DNA of 64,000 nucleotides. Source: the human T2T-CHM13v2.0 reference genome, Homo sapiens. The translations under genes were made by a program, and so were the position numbers. The notes beneath the pieces are model-generated. The model was not told the origin of the DNA and made no database searches. It saw only the letters and a program-made list of their open reading frames with translations. The DNA is taken from the NCBI RefSeq assembly GCF_009914755.1, contig NC_060934.1. One strand, given 5' to 3'. Position 1 is the stretch's first letter, and every line of letters begins with the position of its first letter. Positions 16,391 through 29,209 of this stretch are shown here, in pieces.

Positions 16391-16749
16391 AATGTGACAT
16401 TTTATAGACATTTCAATAACTTGTTTAATGCATTGATTGTTTTCCCTGCTTGGGAGCCAATAAACCTTTTTATTCAGATCTCAATGAGTCATGGGCCCCT
16501 CAGAAGGGGCTAAATCAGCCCTAAAAGTAACAATGTCTCTAAGGACCCTACTGAGATTGAATAGAAGTCAAGGGTTGATCCACAATCCAAACTCCAGGGA
16601 GGGCAACCCGCAGCAGGTGCACGAGGAACCTGACCTAATGTACAACACGGAGGAGGAGTCATTTCCAAACTTCAGACAGCTCCTGAGGGACACAGAAGAC
16701 TCTCCAACACCCCAAACCTAGGCAAGACTCCAATCTTTCTGGCTATGAG

Positions 16750-17222
16750 AGGCTCGATAATAGCCCCCTGGTACCGATGACTATGTTATCTCCTATGGGA
16801 AAAGGGAGTCAGCAGATGTGATTAAATTAAGGATCTTGAGATGGGGAAATGATTACACAAGTAGGCCTAATAAGAGGTCCTCATACAAGTGTCCTTAGAA
16901 AGGGAATGGGAGGAGGAGGGGCAGAGTCAGAGAAGGGATGTGGCAATGAAAGCAGGGGCTGGAGTGATGGGCTTGGAAGATGGAGGAAGGGGCCACGATC
17001 CAAGGAATGCAGGTCACCTCGAGAAGTTTGAAAAGGCAATGAAATGGATTATCCCCTAGAGCCTCCAGAAGGAATACAGTTCTGCCAACACCTTGGTTTT
17101 AGCCCAGGGAGACCCATTTTGGACTTATTCCTGACTTCCAGAAATGTAAGATAATAAATTTGTATGGTTTTCAGCCATTAAATTTGTGGTAAGTTTTACA
17201 ACAGCAATAGGAAACAAATGTA
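16750..17222 (+). mobile_element. MLT1 (B/C/D-like) LTR
   Basis: gcagatgtgattaaattaaggatcttgagatgg...cctagagcctccagaagga...aaatttgtggtaa...acagcaataggaaac. Confidence 0.8.
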
Positions 17223-17289
17223 CTGGATAATTCCTCCTGCCTACAAGAATGTAAGTTGGGACATTTATTCATAATAACAATAACAGCCA

Positions 17290-17770
17290 ATAATAATTGC
17301 TCATATTAATTCAATGTCTACTTCATGCCCGGCTCTACTCTGAGTGCTTTTCATATAAAAACTCATTTAATTCTCATAAAGGCCATATGAAGAAGAGACT
17401 GTTATAATCCATACTTTACAGATGAGAAAAACTGAGGCTTTATGGGGTTAAGTAACTTGCCAGGGTCACAGAGCAGGTCAATGACACAGCACAGATTTGA
17501 ACCCAGGCAGTCTGGCCCCAGATCTCACATTTAACCACTACGCTTCCCAAATCAACCTAACAATGATAATAAAATGACTGGAAGTTACTGAGAGCCCTCT
17601 GTGTACCAGGCTCATACCTAAGCTCATTACAAATACTCTCTCATTTCATTCTCACAGCACCCCAGTAGAGCAGAGATTATTAATCGTCCTTGTCTACAGC
17701 AGAAAAAACAGATGCAGCAACGTTAAACCCAGATGTTACAAGCATCTGAGACCAAAGCCCAGGTTTACCT
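17290..17770 (-). mobile_element. Two MIR fragments
   Basis: ctttacagatgagaaaaactgagg...aagtaacttgccagggtcacag...atttgaacccaggcagtctgg. Confidence 0.65.
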
Positions 17771-20700
17771 GCACACCCTACTGCCTCCCTCATCCGTCTT
17801 GAGGCCCAGATGGCTGAGAAGACAAAGATAAGGAGCGCAACCACATAATTCACCTTCCAAACTGAGATACTTAGAAGGTGAAAGATATCATTATTACTAA
17901 TTTCACTAGGAAAAGAGGCATAAACTAGAACTATTCCAGCAAACCAGGACATATGGCCACCCTAAAAATAAGGGGACTAAAATCAAGGCAAAAACTCTGC
18001 AGCTCAGGATTGCCCAGAAGGGGTGCCATGGAGCAGCTGCCAGCCCCGCAGGACATCTGCGGCTGCCAGGTCACGGTCAAGGCTGGAAGAAGAGGGGTGG
18101 TCCTGGCAGAGCTCAGAGCAGCATCTGCAAAGCTGCAGCCTGGGAGTCATTTGCAATGACAGGAACGCAGCAAGGATCAGCAGGGCCCGCTTCAGTGGGG
18201 CAGGTTTCAATTCTGAGCACTGCCTGTGCTTCCTTGGTCGTCTCCTCGCTGGCCCCGCTCACTCCTGGGGATGCCCAGGCCTGGGGGTGCCCGCAGTGGC
18301 AGGCGCTCACTCATTCCCTGCCACACGCTGCTCATTCATTAAAAGCCCCTGATTCCTCCCCGCTGTTCTAATTATGCACAGCAGTAATAAAGATGCTTTC
18401 TCCCTTACCAAAGAGGCCTATTTATATGAAAAGAGAGCATTTCGCCCCCACAAGATTGAGTCGTCACTCCAGGCCTTATTGGAATCAAAGCAGCTTCTCT
18501 TCTGAGATTGTCCAAGCCCTGCCTGACTCCCCTCCAGCTTGGCCCACTCCTGAGCATCCACATTTCCAGGAGCGCCACTGCGGAGTGGGCAAGATGTAGA
18601 CGCCATTGCCCTCTGCTGTGTTCCCTCATGTCTTGCTGACTGACACTCAACAAAAAGTAAGACATTTATTGAACACCTACTAGTGTCCTTAGTAAAAAAA
18701 AATGGAAATGAAAGACATAGTCCACGCCTTTCTCGGAAGAAAGAGCATTGAGAGAAACAGCACAAGATTTTAGGCTCCATGGCTGACTCATATCCCAACT
18801 CCAGCATTCACTGGTTGGGCAAGTTAGCAAGTTTTTCAAAGCCCTCAATTGCCTTATCAGCAAAATGGGGTAATAATAATGCCAGCCTCACAGGGTTGCT
18901 GGAGGAGTCAATGAGATACAGGCATACAAAGCTGGCATATCGTAGGGCCTCAACAAACACTAGTTGGAATTATCAACCATTAAGTACCGAAGGCTTTGGG
19001 ACCACACAGGCAGATCTCATCCCGATGGATGAGCCCAGGAAGGCTTCCTGAGAGGTGATACCTTAACTGAGTTTTGAAGGATGAGTAGGACCTTGCTAAA
19101 CAAAGAGAGGATGTCCCAAGCAGGGAGGACTGCATGTGTCCAGGGCCAAAGGCGATCACAAGGCTCTGGGAAACACAAGACACTGTGTAGGGACATACAC
19201 AGAAGGCATGGGAGGACCACCAAGGCGGCAGACAAGTTGCAGCAGCAGATGTTGACACGGAAGTGGATCCCATAGCCAGAACCCTAACCTGCAATGCCCA
19301 GAGCATCACCCTGACCTTTGCTTACTTCCTTTGGGGGCTATAACCAGCGCCCTGTCACTACCATCTACAGCTTGGTGGCTGAAGGAAGTAGGGCAGCCAC
19401 TCTCTATTAGCCGCAGGCCTACTCAACACAAGTCCCTGAGGGCCTATGACATGCCAGGCACATGCCAGGAGAGGCTGTTCAGCTTGACCACCTGGGGCCT
19501 GCATCCCATGGCCTAGGTCCTTACCTAGGCCCCCTTCCAGCTGTGCGCTGCTAGGACTGTCAGCTTTTTCCTCTGTGAAATGGGGATCACAGGGCGTCCT
19601 TCATAGTCATTCATTCAACAACAAACGTGGTCAGGGCTAAATGAGATAACTCAATATTCCCAGGTTTCAGCACACACTAAGTCCTCAATAAAAGTCAACG
19701 TTTAAAATGTTTATTTTTATTAAGATGAACCTCCAGGATGGCATCTCCAAAGCCCAATGCCAGGCCTCAAGAGATACCCTCAACCCAGGCAAAACTGCCT
19801 GCCCACCATCCCTCTCCTCAAGCCCGTGCCCTGGAAAAAATGACTTGGTTTCCACTCTTCATGTCTAGCCCTGACTTGGTCACCATAGGAGCCATCCCTG
19901 TCCGAACCACTCTGTCCACCCCCAATTCATCTCACCCTTCTAGGGCTCCATGTGTCAACCCACTCAGGTCATGCGGGAGGGGGCAGGATTGAAGGTCATC
20001 TCAAATTTTGCTGTCCAACACCCAGACCCTCAAGTGTGGCCCTTCAGATTTTGTAAATTAAGTAATTTAAACATCTTATTAAGAAAATTTGCAAACATAC
20101 ACAAAGTAAGCAGAATAGTAATGAACCGCCGCTCCCCATCACCCAACTACCACATTTTGCCATTCTTGTTTCATTGGCACGCACCTCTGCCCACTCCCCA
20201 CCCCACCCCAACTGCACTTGTTGGAGAAGATTTCATGGCCAGCCTTTCTGACACCACCCCCCAACACCACCTACCCACCAGCAAACCCCTCCCCAACCCA
20301 GGACTGCCACTGCTCACAAATTCCAACAGTGTGATATTTGTGGCACCCATCCTTTTGTACCAAAAACATTCTGGAAATCCTTCCCAGGAAGCACAACCAT
20401 TTTTTTATGTCCTTAATAGAGTGGTAACCACTGCACACATGCATAAGGGCTGTATGCACAGGTTGGTGCCCTGGAATCAGATGGCCTGGGTCCCAAACAA
20501 CACTTCCCAGATGTGTGACCTTGGATAGGTCACTCAACCTGTGTTTGGATTTCCCACCCAGGAAGGGGAGAATGCTGGTAACAGGTTTGTTGTGAGCCTT
20601 TAAAACAATAAAATAATGCACGCTCTTTTCCCAGCAATGAGGAAACCTTAGAAATAAGTGTAGGGGCCAGGGGCAAGCCGACTCTGCTCCTATGCAATAC

Positions 20701-20951
20701 TATTCACATCCTCCATTTTACAGATAAAGGGAGAGGTGCCCAGAGGCACAGTGAGCTGCCAGGGACAGCCCGCTCTTCAGGTTGGTCTCTGTCCTAAGTC
20801 CATGCACCTGGAATTCTCACTGGCCACCTTGAGCTGGAGATGACTGGAAGTGAAGAAACAAATACTCCAGAACAAACGCAGAAGAGCGGTGGCAGGTGGC
20901 TCGGCACACCAGGTATGGGTGTCCCCATCCTGGACAGGATTTCTCCCAGCG

Positions 20952-20953
<2 letters not shown>

Positions 20954-21003
<50 letters not shown>

Positions 21004-21012
21004 GTGTGTGTG
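20954..21012. repeat. (TG)n microsatellite, ~29 units
   Basis: Seen directly, with one CG interruption. Confidence 0.95.
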
Positions 21013-21639
21013 TTAGGATAGGGGTGCTGAATTTGATTTACAAGACAAAACAGTGTTGGGAAAGGTGTGGGGAGTGGGTACACATTCCTGCCCACTTCTG
21101 ATTTGACAAATCCTATGCCCAACCTTGTATTTGGTATCATCGCCCACCCTATCCCAGCATGAGAGGCAAGAAACTGGCTCAGTAATTCTCAGGCTTTAGC
21201 AATTCAACGCCCCTACTTATCGTCCTAAAAAATTTTTTATTTTCTGACTTAAAGGAAAAAAGTAAAAAAAAAAAAAAAAAAAAAAAGAGTCAATCCAGTT
21301 GCTGAGTGATGTTCAGACAAAGACAGCTGCCAGTCCATTGCCTGCGTTCGCCAGCTGAGGAAGAGTACAGGCGGGGACTGGGTGTGTGTTTGGGGACGGC
21401 CTGGGCTCTCCGCTGCCTCTCCCTGGAGTGAGCCCTGTCAGGATCCCCCACCCGCCACCCTGCACTCCCCCACCACTGCAGTGCCGCGTGGGGAGGCACC
21501 TCCCTGATCCGCAGGAACAATGGGCTGGGGTGGGGGCAGGTGCGGCTTGGAGTGCAGCAGAGGGTGGGGGCCGCAGGCCCGACAGCAAGACAGGGAACCC
21601 AGCGCAGATGGTGGCTGTGCTGCCACTGGACTCAGTTTC

Positions 21640-23510
21640 TCCAGCTTTTGGGGCCCCGCAGAGCCAAGCGCTCGTTTCGTGGCTGAATCTCCCTTGCGTC
21701 CCGGCATTTTAATTTCATCCTCGCAGGCGGCTTGCCTGTCGCTCTCGGGAAAGATGCCTGGGCCGCGCTCCTCTCCCCGGCGGCCGCTCTCGCCGAGGCC
21801 CTGCAGGTCAGGGACGCGCGGCGCCTCCATGCGCCCAACTTTCCCCACTTGGGACCCACAGGAAGACTGGAATCCTGGCCAGCCGGGCCCTCCGTGGGAG
21901 AAGCCTTGATTTACAGCCCTGGGCTCCGAAACCTGCTCCTCCTCTTCCCGCAACCCCCTTCCCCGTCCTCTCCGGCTCCCCCACCCTTCGGAGCCCTAAT
22001 CACGCTCCCCAAAGAAAGCGGTCCTAGCACATCTGCAAAATGCGAGCGTCTGTCCTCCGCACTGGGTGCCTCCCCCTGCCCCCCGCAAGGAAGGGACCAT
22101 CGAACCCCCGCCGCTTCACCCTTCCCCAGCCCAGTGAGTCCCTGGGGATGGGCGGGGAGGTGGGTGAGAAGCCCTTCGGCCGCAGCTGCAGCCCCCACTC
22201 CTGGCTCGAGCGTCCGGCCGGGGTGGGATGGGGCGAGGGAACAGGTCCAAATCTCCGATTTCCCCCAGGCTCCCACTCCTGCCTCGCTGAGTCACGAAAA
22301 TTACCCGCTGGGGCCACCCGGCCACCCGGCGGCGGGCCCTTTACCCAGCCAGCGCCGGCCTCCGCAGCCCATCGCGCGGGGGCTGCACATGCGGGGCGGT
22401 CCTCACCCGCACGCGCGACCAGCCCCGCAGGAGGCGCCACCCGAGGCAGGGACCAACCAGGCGCCTCAGCGGGGGCTGCAGTCCCCGCCGCGGAGTCCGC
22501 ACCCTGGCGGGGCGCAGAACATGTGACCCGCGGGCCGTCTCCGGTCCACCGGCCCCCGGCCCCCGGCCCCGCTGCTGCTGACCCCGGCCCCGCCCGCCAG
22601 AACTGGATGCAGCGCGGGCGTCCCCACTTTTCCACGGCGCGCGAGGGGGTGCGGAGCGTTGGGCCAAGCGCGCCTCCTCCCTCCCTGCCCCGCCAGCCGC
22701 GGCCGCAGGACCCGCAGCCTGCGCTCACCTCGGGGCCCGTCGCTGCCGCCGGCCTCCTTGTCCGCCATGGTCGCGCAGCCCCGGACCGCGAGGGGAGCCT
22801 CCAGCGCAGCGCCCGTGCCCGTGCGGGTCTCTGTCCGCGTCCGCGGCGGCGCTCGGGCCGTGTCTGAGCCGCCGGGCAGCGGGAGCGCTGCTCTGACGCG
22901 GCAGCCGCCGCAGCCACGGCTCCTCCCCGGGCCCCGCCCCGGCCCGCCCGGCGCCCCGCCCCTCCGAGCTCGGGCCGGCCGGGAAAGGTCGGGGAAGGCG
23001 GGCGCGGGGAACTGCCTGGCTCCGGAGCTGCGCTCCCCGCCCGCCCAGAGCGGCCCGCCGAGGCCCGGCCTCTCCTCTCCCGGCTTCGGGACCGAGCGGT
23101 CGCCCCGCAGTCGACCGCGGCGGGGGTAGTGGCGCGCCCGGGGCTGCGCTGCGGGAGCGGATTTCAGGCCCTCGGGGCCCCGCGGCGCGTCCCCTCTTTG
23201 GAAGTCACCGAATGGCCAGGCCTGGAGCCCTTCAGCAAGCCCAGCGCGCCCGGCGCTCTCCCGAGGACGCCCGCGCCAGTCCCCACCAGCTTCTGTCTGT
23301 CCCCCAGGGTCCCAGGGGAGCGGCCCTGGGCCGGCGCAAAGGCGGGCTGGGTGGACCCCGGCGCGGGCAGGACCCAGGCCGCAGACCAAGGACGCAGACC
23401 AAGGACCTGCGCGGGGGCCGAGCCCGGGGCACCGCCTCCAGGCCGCCTGCCGGACTCCATGGCAACTCCGGACCCAGGGAGGTGCTTGCCCCGGAGGCTG
23501 AGTCGCGCCT
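21640..23510. promoter_or_regulatory. CpG island / TATA-less GC-box promoter of HSPA12A
   Basis: Very high GC and CpG density; several CCCGCCC/CCCCGCCC Sp1-type boxes at ~22930-23045; surrounds the start codon. Confidence 0.9.
22729..22768 (-). CDS. HSPA12A: HSPA12A (heat shock protein family A member 12A), coding part of exon 1
   Basis: Minus strand reads gcgaccATGGCGGACAAGGAGGCCGGCGGCAGCGACGGGCCCCGAG|gtgagc. This encodes MADKEAGGSDGPR plus 1 nt, matching the HSPA12A N-terminus as I recall it (MADKEAGGSDGPRETAP...). Strong Kozak context (A-3, G+4), canonical donor at 22723-22728, inside a CpG island. Confidence 0.93.
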
Positions 23511-23981
23511 TCCATATATGGGATCCAGCTGGGCCCTCCTTAGAAGTCTGAGAATAACGATATTAATAATGCAAGGCTTCAGTTGTGAATGATTCATACT
23601 CCCTGTCCCCAGCTCCTCCACACACACGCGCCGCTGGCACCTGTTTGGGCCTGGCCAGGCACCCCCTGGGTCCGCGGTGTCACCACCCTGCCTTGGCAAA
23701 CGAGGGCAGTAATAGGAATCCGAGGAGCACCGTCACTGGGTCGTTTCCGGGTGCCTGGCACTGTGCTACCTGCCTGGTGCTTTACCTCTATCTCCTTTCC
23801 TCCCCATAACTAACATTTTGCAGATAAGGAAGCTGAGGATCGGCAGGGTTACAATATCACACCCAGCAGGTGAGTCGCGGAGCTGGGATTCCCACCCAGC
23901 TGTAACCACCAGCATCCCTCACTTCCAGAGATGGGTGGCATTTCCCAAAGATCACCTAGGGGAGGCTTCATCGTACAATCC

Positions 23982-24062
23982 CGTTCTGGATGACGGAGTG
24001 GGCAGAGAGCTGCTGCGAGAGCGTTATGGATGACGGAATGGGCAGAGAGCTGCTGCGAGAGC
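23982..24062. repeat. 40-bp tandem duplication
   Basis: tggatgacgga.tgggcagagagctgctgcgagagc x2. Confidence 0.9.
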
Positions 24063-27000
24063 CTGGAGACCAGAAGGTGATGGCAGAGTGACAAGTTCAA
24101 AACACAAAACTTGTCTTCTGTCTGCCTGCATTAAAAATCCCAAATGGACAGTTCCTGGCTGTGCATGAAACCACAGTCAAGTTATTTAACCTATCTGAGC
24201 CTCAATATTCTCATCTGCGAAATGGGTATAACAGGAGAACCCACTTCATAAAACTGAAGATTAGATAGACTATGCATGTAACATGCTTAGCTTGGGATCT
24301 AGCACATGGTAAAAATCATTAAGTCACTGATGGCCCCCAAGGGCCCTTCCTGCCTGCGTGCCTGCGACAGCCTGCCCACAGCTCCCACGCCCTCCTGTCT
24401 CACCCCTTCAGTCCATGCTTTGTGATCTGGTCTGTCCCCACCCTACTCCAGCTCCAGCTACAGCCGCTCTGATTCTTCAATCCCTCTCACCCACCCCTGC
24501 TTCTCTTATGTTGGTATTTCAAAGACATGAAAATGTGCTTGATGCCTGGATCACCCGTCCTCTCATTTCACCACCACCAGCAACCTAAGAACTTCTCCTT
24601 CTCATCATGGACTGCCCAACTCCAGGAAGGCTCCCCTGCATACCCATGCTGGCCAGGGGGGCCCTCCTCAGTGTCCTCAAGGCACTCGTTCCTCCCCATC
24701 AGACCAGGGCATCAGGACATTGGCCTTGACAGCCTGTCAGAAGCAGCAGAAACCCGTAGCCCCTGCACATCTGCCTCCTGCTGTGGAAGGGCCTTGGGCG
24801 CCACGTGCCCTCATGGGACTCCCAGCCACAGTGACATGAGGGTGCGTGAGAAGGATGGGAGGTGACATGCAGGCCCCAGTGCTGGGGGCAGAGAGCAGAA
24901 CACTTTTGATTTGCAGGGGAGCATGAAAGGCAGCGCACACTCTGCCTGGGATTTGCCCTCACGGCCTTCATGCTCATCACGCTAATTACAACGCGCCCTG
25001 CTGAGCACACCATCCAGCCCGCCAGCGAGGGGCTGTTGTGGTCTCACCTAGTTCTCATGGTGGCCCTTGCGGTTTTGCAGGAGAGGAAAAGGAAGCATTC
25101 AAAGGCTGAGGCACCTGTTCAGGCATCCTCTGGCCATCAGCAGCAAGGCTGGGGTTCAAGGCTCAGCACGCCACATCAAGGAAGGGTTCCCACCTTCCTC
25201 CCTGGAGTCTTCTTCCCCAATAGCAGCCAGAGAGAGAGCATGTCATTCTCCTGCTACCAGGTCCTACACAAATTGGCCTCCTGATGCCTCAGTGACCTCA
25301 GCTCCTTCCACTCTCCCATTCCCCCCAAAGCCCAAACACACACAGGCCCCACCTGGGGGGTCACTCCCCCGGACACATCCTTCAAGAGAATCAATCACGT
25401 GGCTTGCTCCTCCCAGAACACTCTATCTAAAACTGCTGCCTCGCCCCCACTGGGAAGTAAGTCCCAGGAGAGCAAGATCGTGGACTGTGTTGCCAGTTCT
25501 GCATCTCTGTGTCTAGAACAGCGCCTGGTACATGGCAGGCACTTAATAAATCCTTGATGCTTGACTGGCTGAATCAGTAAGTGAAGCGGGAACACAGCCC
25601 AGCACACAGACATTCTGCTGACCCCCAGGGCTCATGCCTTTCCACAGCCCCAGCTGTCTCAGGGCACGCCCAGACTCCTGGGAGGTTGCTCTGTACCAAG
25701 TTCCCTCAAGCTCCCCTCCAAAGACTCCTCCTCACAGTGCTCTCTGTGGGTACACTGCAGCACCCTCTATACCATCTCTTCTCCACCCTCCACACCCTCC
25801 ACAGGCTGTAGACTGTGGTAGCTGGTGGAGAGAATGTTACACATCTCGGTTGGATACTCAAGTCCTAAAAAGTGGCCCAGCCCAGAGCCAAGTGACCACC
25901 TTCTAGTTCCCTTCCTGCTGGTCACTCCAGCTTCAAGGGCCTGCCCTCAGGTCCCCAAAGAGCCAGTGCCTCCACTGGAAGCCGATTCTCCTCTAGTTTT
26001 GCCAGGTAACCAACCCTGTCTCTTCCTACAGGCCTCAGCTTGGATGGCACTTCCTCCAGGACACCACCTAGCCCTCCAAGATCACATGAGGCCCCTCCTC
26101 TCTCCTCTGTGCCCAACCCCCCATCACTCCTATCTTAGCACTTATCACAACAACTCCAAGGTCAGTAGTATTGTTAACCCCATTGTACAGATGACCAAAC
26201 TGAGATACAGAAAGGTCACTGAGCTCAGAAGCTGCAGTGCTGAGACTAGACCTCTGAGACCAGAACTCAGGTCTCTCCAGCTTCAGGTCACCCACCTCCC
26301 CCTCTAGCTGCCAGCTCTCCAAAGTGGGACCAGCCATGTCCACATTTAGAGCCCCCAGACCCTAGGATGGTGCCTGGCGCAGAGAGCAAAACATTGATGG
26401 AAAACAGCCTCCTCAGCTTCAGGCCTTTCTCATCCTCTCCGGGATCCCGTTCACCCACAGCCCCACACACGCTTCCCTGCCAACAGACTCCCTCTCTGCT
26501 CTTCAGCCCCCAAACAAACCCCCACCACATCCATTCATGCAAATAGAAGTCAGAGTCCAGAGGCAGGCCCAGCTAACTGCACCAGACAGCCAGGGCACTC
26601 TGTCACCTGCTATAACTACCAACTGTGGAAAGGGCTGGACATGATGCACAGCATGGGTAGGGGAGGCAGCTGAGTCCTCTGGCCCCCAGCTCAGAAGAAA
26701 CTGAGGATAATTGTTGATGGACCAGATGCTAAGGGCAGTGAGCCCTGGGGGATGCATCAGGACCAAGAATGAGAAAAGTACAACAGGAGGAAGCAGAGAG
26801 CATGGGGTCAGCTGGACCAGGGCTCAAGTGGGCTCAGCTGCTCCCTGCCCACCTCAGGGGACCTGGGACATACCTCTCTGGGTCTGTTTCCTCACCTGTC
26901 AAAAGGGCCCAATAATGATAGGTATCATAATTATAAGAGATCATATATGTAAAACATTCCATTTAGAGTCAGCCTATATATGCCACTGTTAATATGACTT

Positions 27001-28028
27001 ATTTAATTTATATATTTGAACACAAAAATGCCATTTCCTTGTATATTATAAATTACAGAATGGATCCAGGCAAGATTTTCTTGGCTGATAAAGACACACA
27101 GAAGATATGAGTAGCTTTTTCCATTTTAATTTTTCTTTTATGTTTTTGTTAAGCTTAAGAAACACTGATATGAGTTCATATCTGAACTTTGACATAGGAC
27201 ACTGCCCGTCAAAGCTGCTTTGGACTTTAGGATATGCCAGCGGAACGTTGTCCATGAACTGAATATCATAAAAGAGACTAATTCATAACAGGACCAAGAT
27301 TCAGATTTGCTAAAGCAACATAAAAACTTGCAGAGAAAACCTGGGCAAATGTCAGCCGCCTTGACCTCCAACTGTCAGTGCATTTTAAAAAGCCAGCCTT
27401 ACAGCTGAATCATGGTGGCCAGTGTATACATCCTCCCCACCTCACTGGTCTTCCAGTCCATCTGGTGTGAATCGGTCTCTCCATTAACATTCCAAAACAA
27501 CCTTCACATGTACAATGTGAGCTGCTGAGCCACTCTTTCAGGCAAAAATTCAAGGACCAGAGGAAATTATTGCTCCAAATATCACCATCACTCAGGACTG
27601 CAATGTAAACTTTAGAAATGCCTTCTCAGGTAATGGAAGGTTATCCAAATATTTTTCGTAAGTATTTCAAATAGCAATGGCTCGTCTATGGTTAGTCTCA
27701 CAGCCACATTCTCAGAACTGCTCAAACCCTGGCCCTGCAAAGCTGCCGGTTCATTAATAAGACGGGACATCCCGGAAGCCACATCTCAAGGAGGACAATG
27801 CAAACTGAGACAAAGGTTCAGAGAAGAGAAACTGGCATGATCACGTGACCAGGAGAGTTTTCACAAGGGCTGCAACTCACCAGACACTATGAGAGCCAAG
27901 GGTTTCATGTTATGGAGAAAAACAACTTTCCTCTTCTCCAGCCCACAGCCCAGTGCCTGGCTTGCAGTAGGTACTCAGTAAATGTTTGTGGATGGAATGA
28001 ATAAATGGTCCAGTAAATACATAATGGA

Positions 28029-28336
28029 GGCTGGGCATGGTGGCTCATGCCTGTAATCGCAGCATTTGGGGAGGCCGAGACGGGTGGATCACTTGAGGTC
28101 AGGAGTTTGAGACCAGCCTGGCCAACATGGTGAAACCCCGTCTCTACTAAAAATACAAAAATTAGCTGGGCATGGTGGTGCGTGCCTGTAATCTCAGCTA
28201 CTTGGGAGGCTGAGGCAGGAGAATTGCTTGAACCTGGGAAGTGGAGGTTGTAGTAAGCCAAGTTTGCACCACTGCACTCCAGCCTGGGCAACGAGAGCAA
28301 AACTCCATCTCAAAAAAATAAAAAATAAATAAATAA
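28029..28336 (+). mobile_element. AluS
   Basis: Full Alu consensus with AAAT tail. Confidence 0.92.
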
Positions 28337-28847
28337 TGAAGTAGAAACATGGGCTCAGAGATACTAAACCTCTTGTTCAAAGTCACACAATCAGTGACAG
28401 AGCTACGGTCAAACTCAGCCCCCTGACTCCCAGCCCAGCTTAACCCTTGACCCTTGTTGGCCTCTTCTGCAAAATACAAAGTGGAAGATAGCTTGTGCTA
28501 GCTGTGATTACTTGGTGATGACTCACTGGGGCATGTCTGCACAGTTGTGTTCTTCCTGGTAGCAAGCCCATGGTCACAGTATTTGCCTGGAGGAGAGGTA
28601 CAGGCAGCATACAGCTGAGGAGAAGGAGACCAATGACCTAGAATAAGGGTGTTATCTGAGCCAGAGGGCTGAGAGCTTCAACAGCAGTGTCCAAGAGCAA
28701 TGCTTGCACAAGTCTCCAAAAACCCCAGAGTTAGGAATGCACACTAAGTCACCATCCTCATTGCTACTCTTCTCAGAGAAACCAGCACTTTTCTCAGTGA
28801 CTTCTGCAAGAGTGAGCCCAAATATTGTCTATCTTTGGGTCACTGGA

Positions 28848-29209
28848 TGTGTTAGTCCATTTTCACACTGCTGACAAAGACATGCCTGAGACTGGGAAGA
28901 AAAAGAGGTTTGATGGACTCACAGTTCCACATGGCTGGGGAGGCTTCACAATCATGGCAGACAGTAAGAAGGAGCAAGTCACATCTTACATGGATGGCGG
29001 TGGGCAAAGAGAGAGAGCTTGTGCAAGGGAACTCCTCTTTATAAAACCATCAGATTTCATGAGACATATTCACTACACAAGAACAGCATGGGAAAGAGCT
29101 GCCCTCCTGATCCAATTACCTCCCACTAGGTCCCTCCCAAGACATGTGGGAATTGTGGGAGCTATAATTCAAGATGAGATTTGGGCGGGGACACAGCCAA
29201 ACCATATCA
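28848..29209 (-). mobile_element. THE1-family solo LTR (ERVL-MaLR)
   Basis: Reverse of TGATATGGTTTGGCTGTGTCCCC...GGACTAACACA; 5-bp TSD ctgga/ctggg. Confidence 0.88.

Noticed and set aside
21438-23699. Many long overlapping ORFs (up to 349 aa) in the CpG island
   Set aside because: Expected from stop-codon scarcity at high GC; low-complexity P/G/A/R composition. Only the 40-nt HSPA12A exon is supported.
23982-24062. Repeat-spacer (CRISPR-like) reading of short direct repeats
   Set aside because: Only two tandem copies with no unique spacers, in human DNA.
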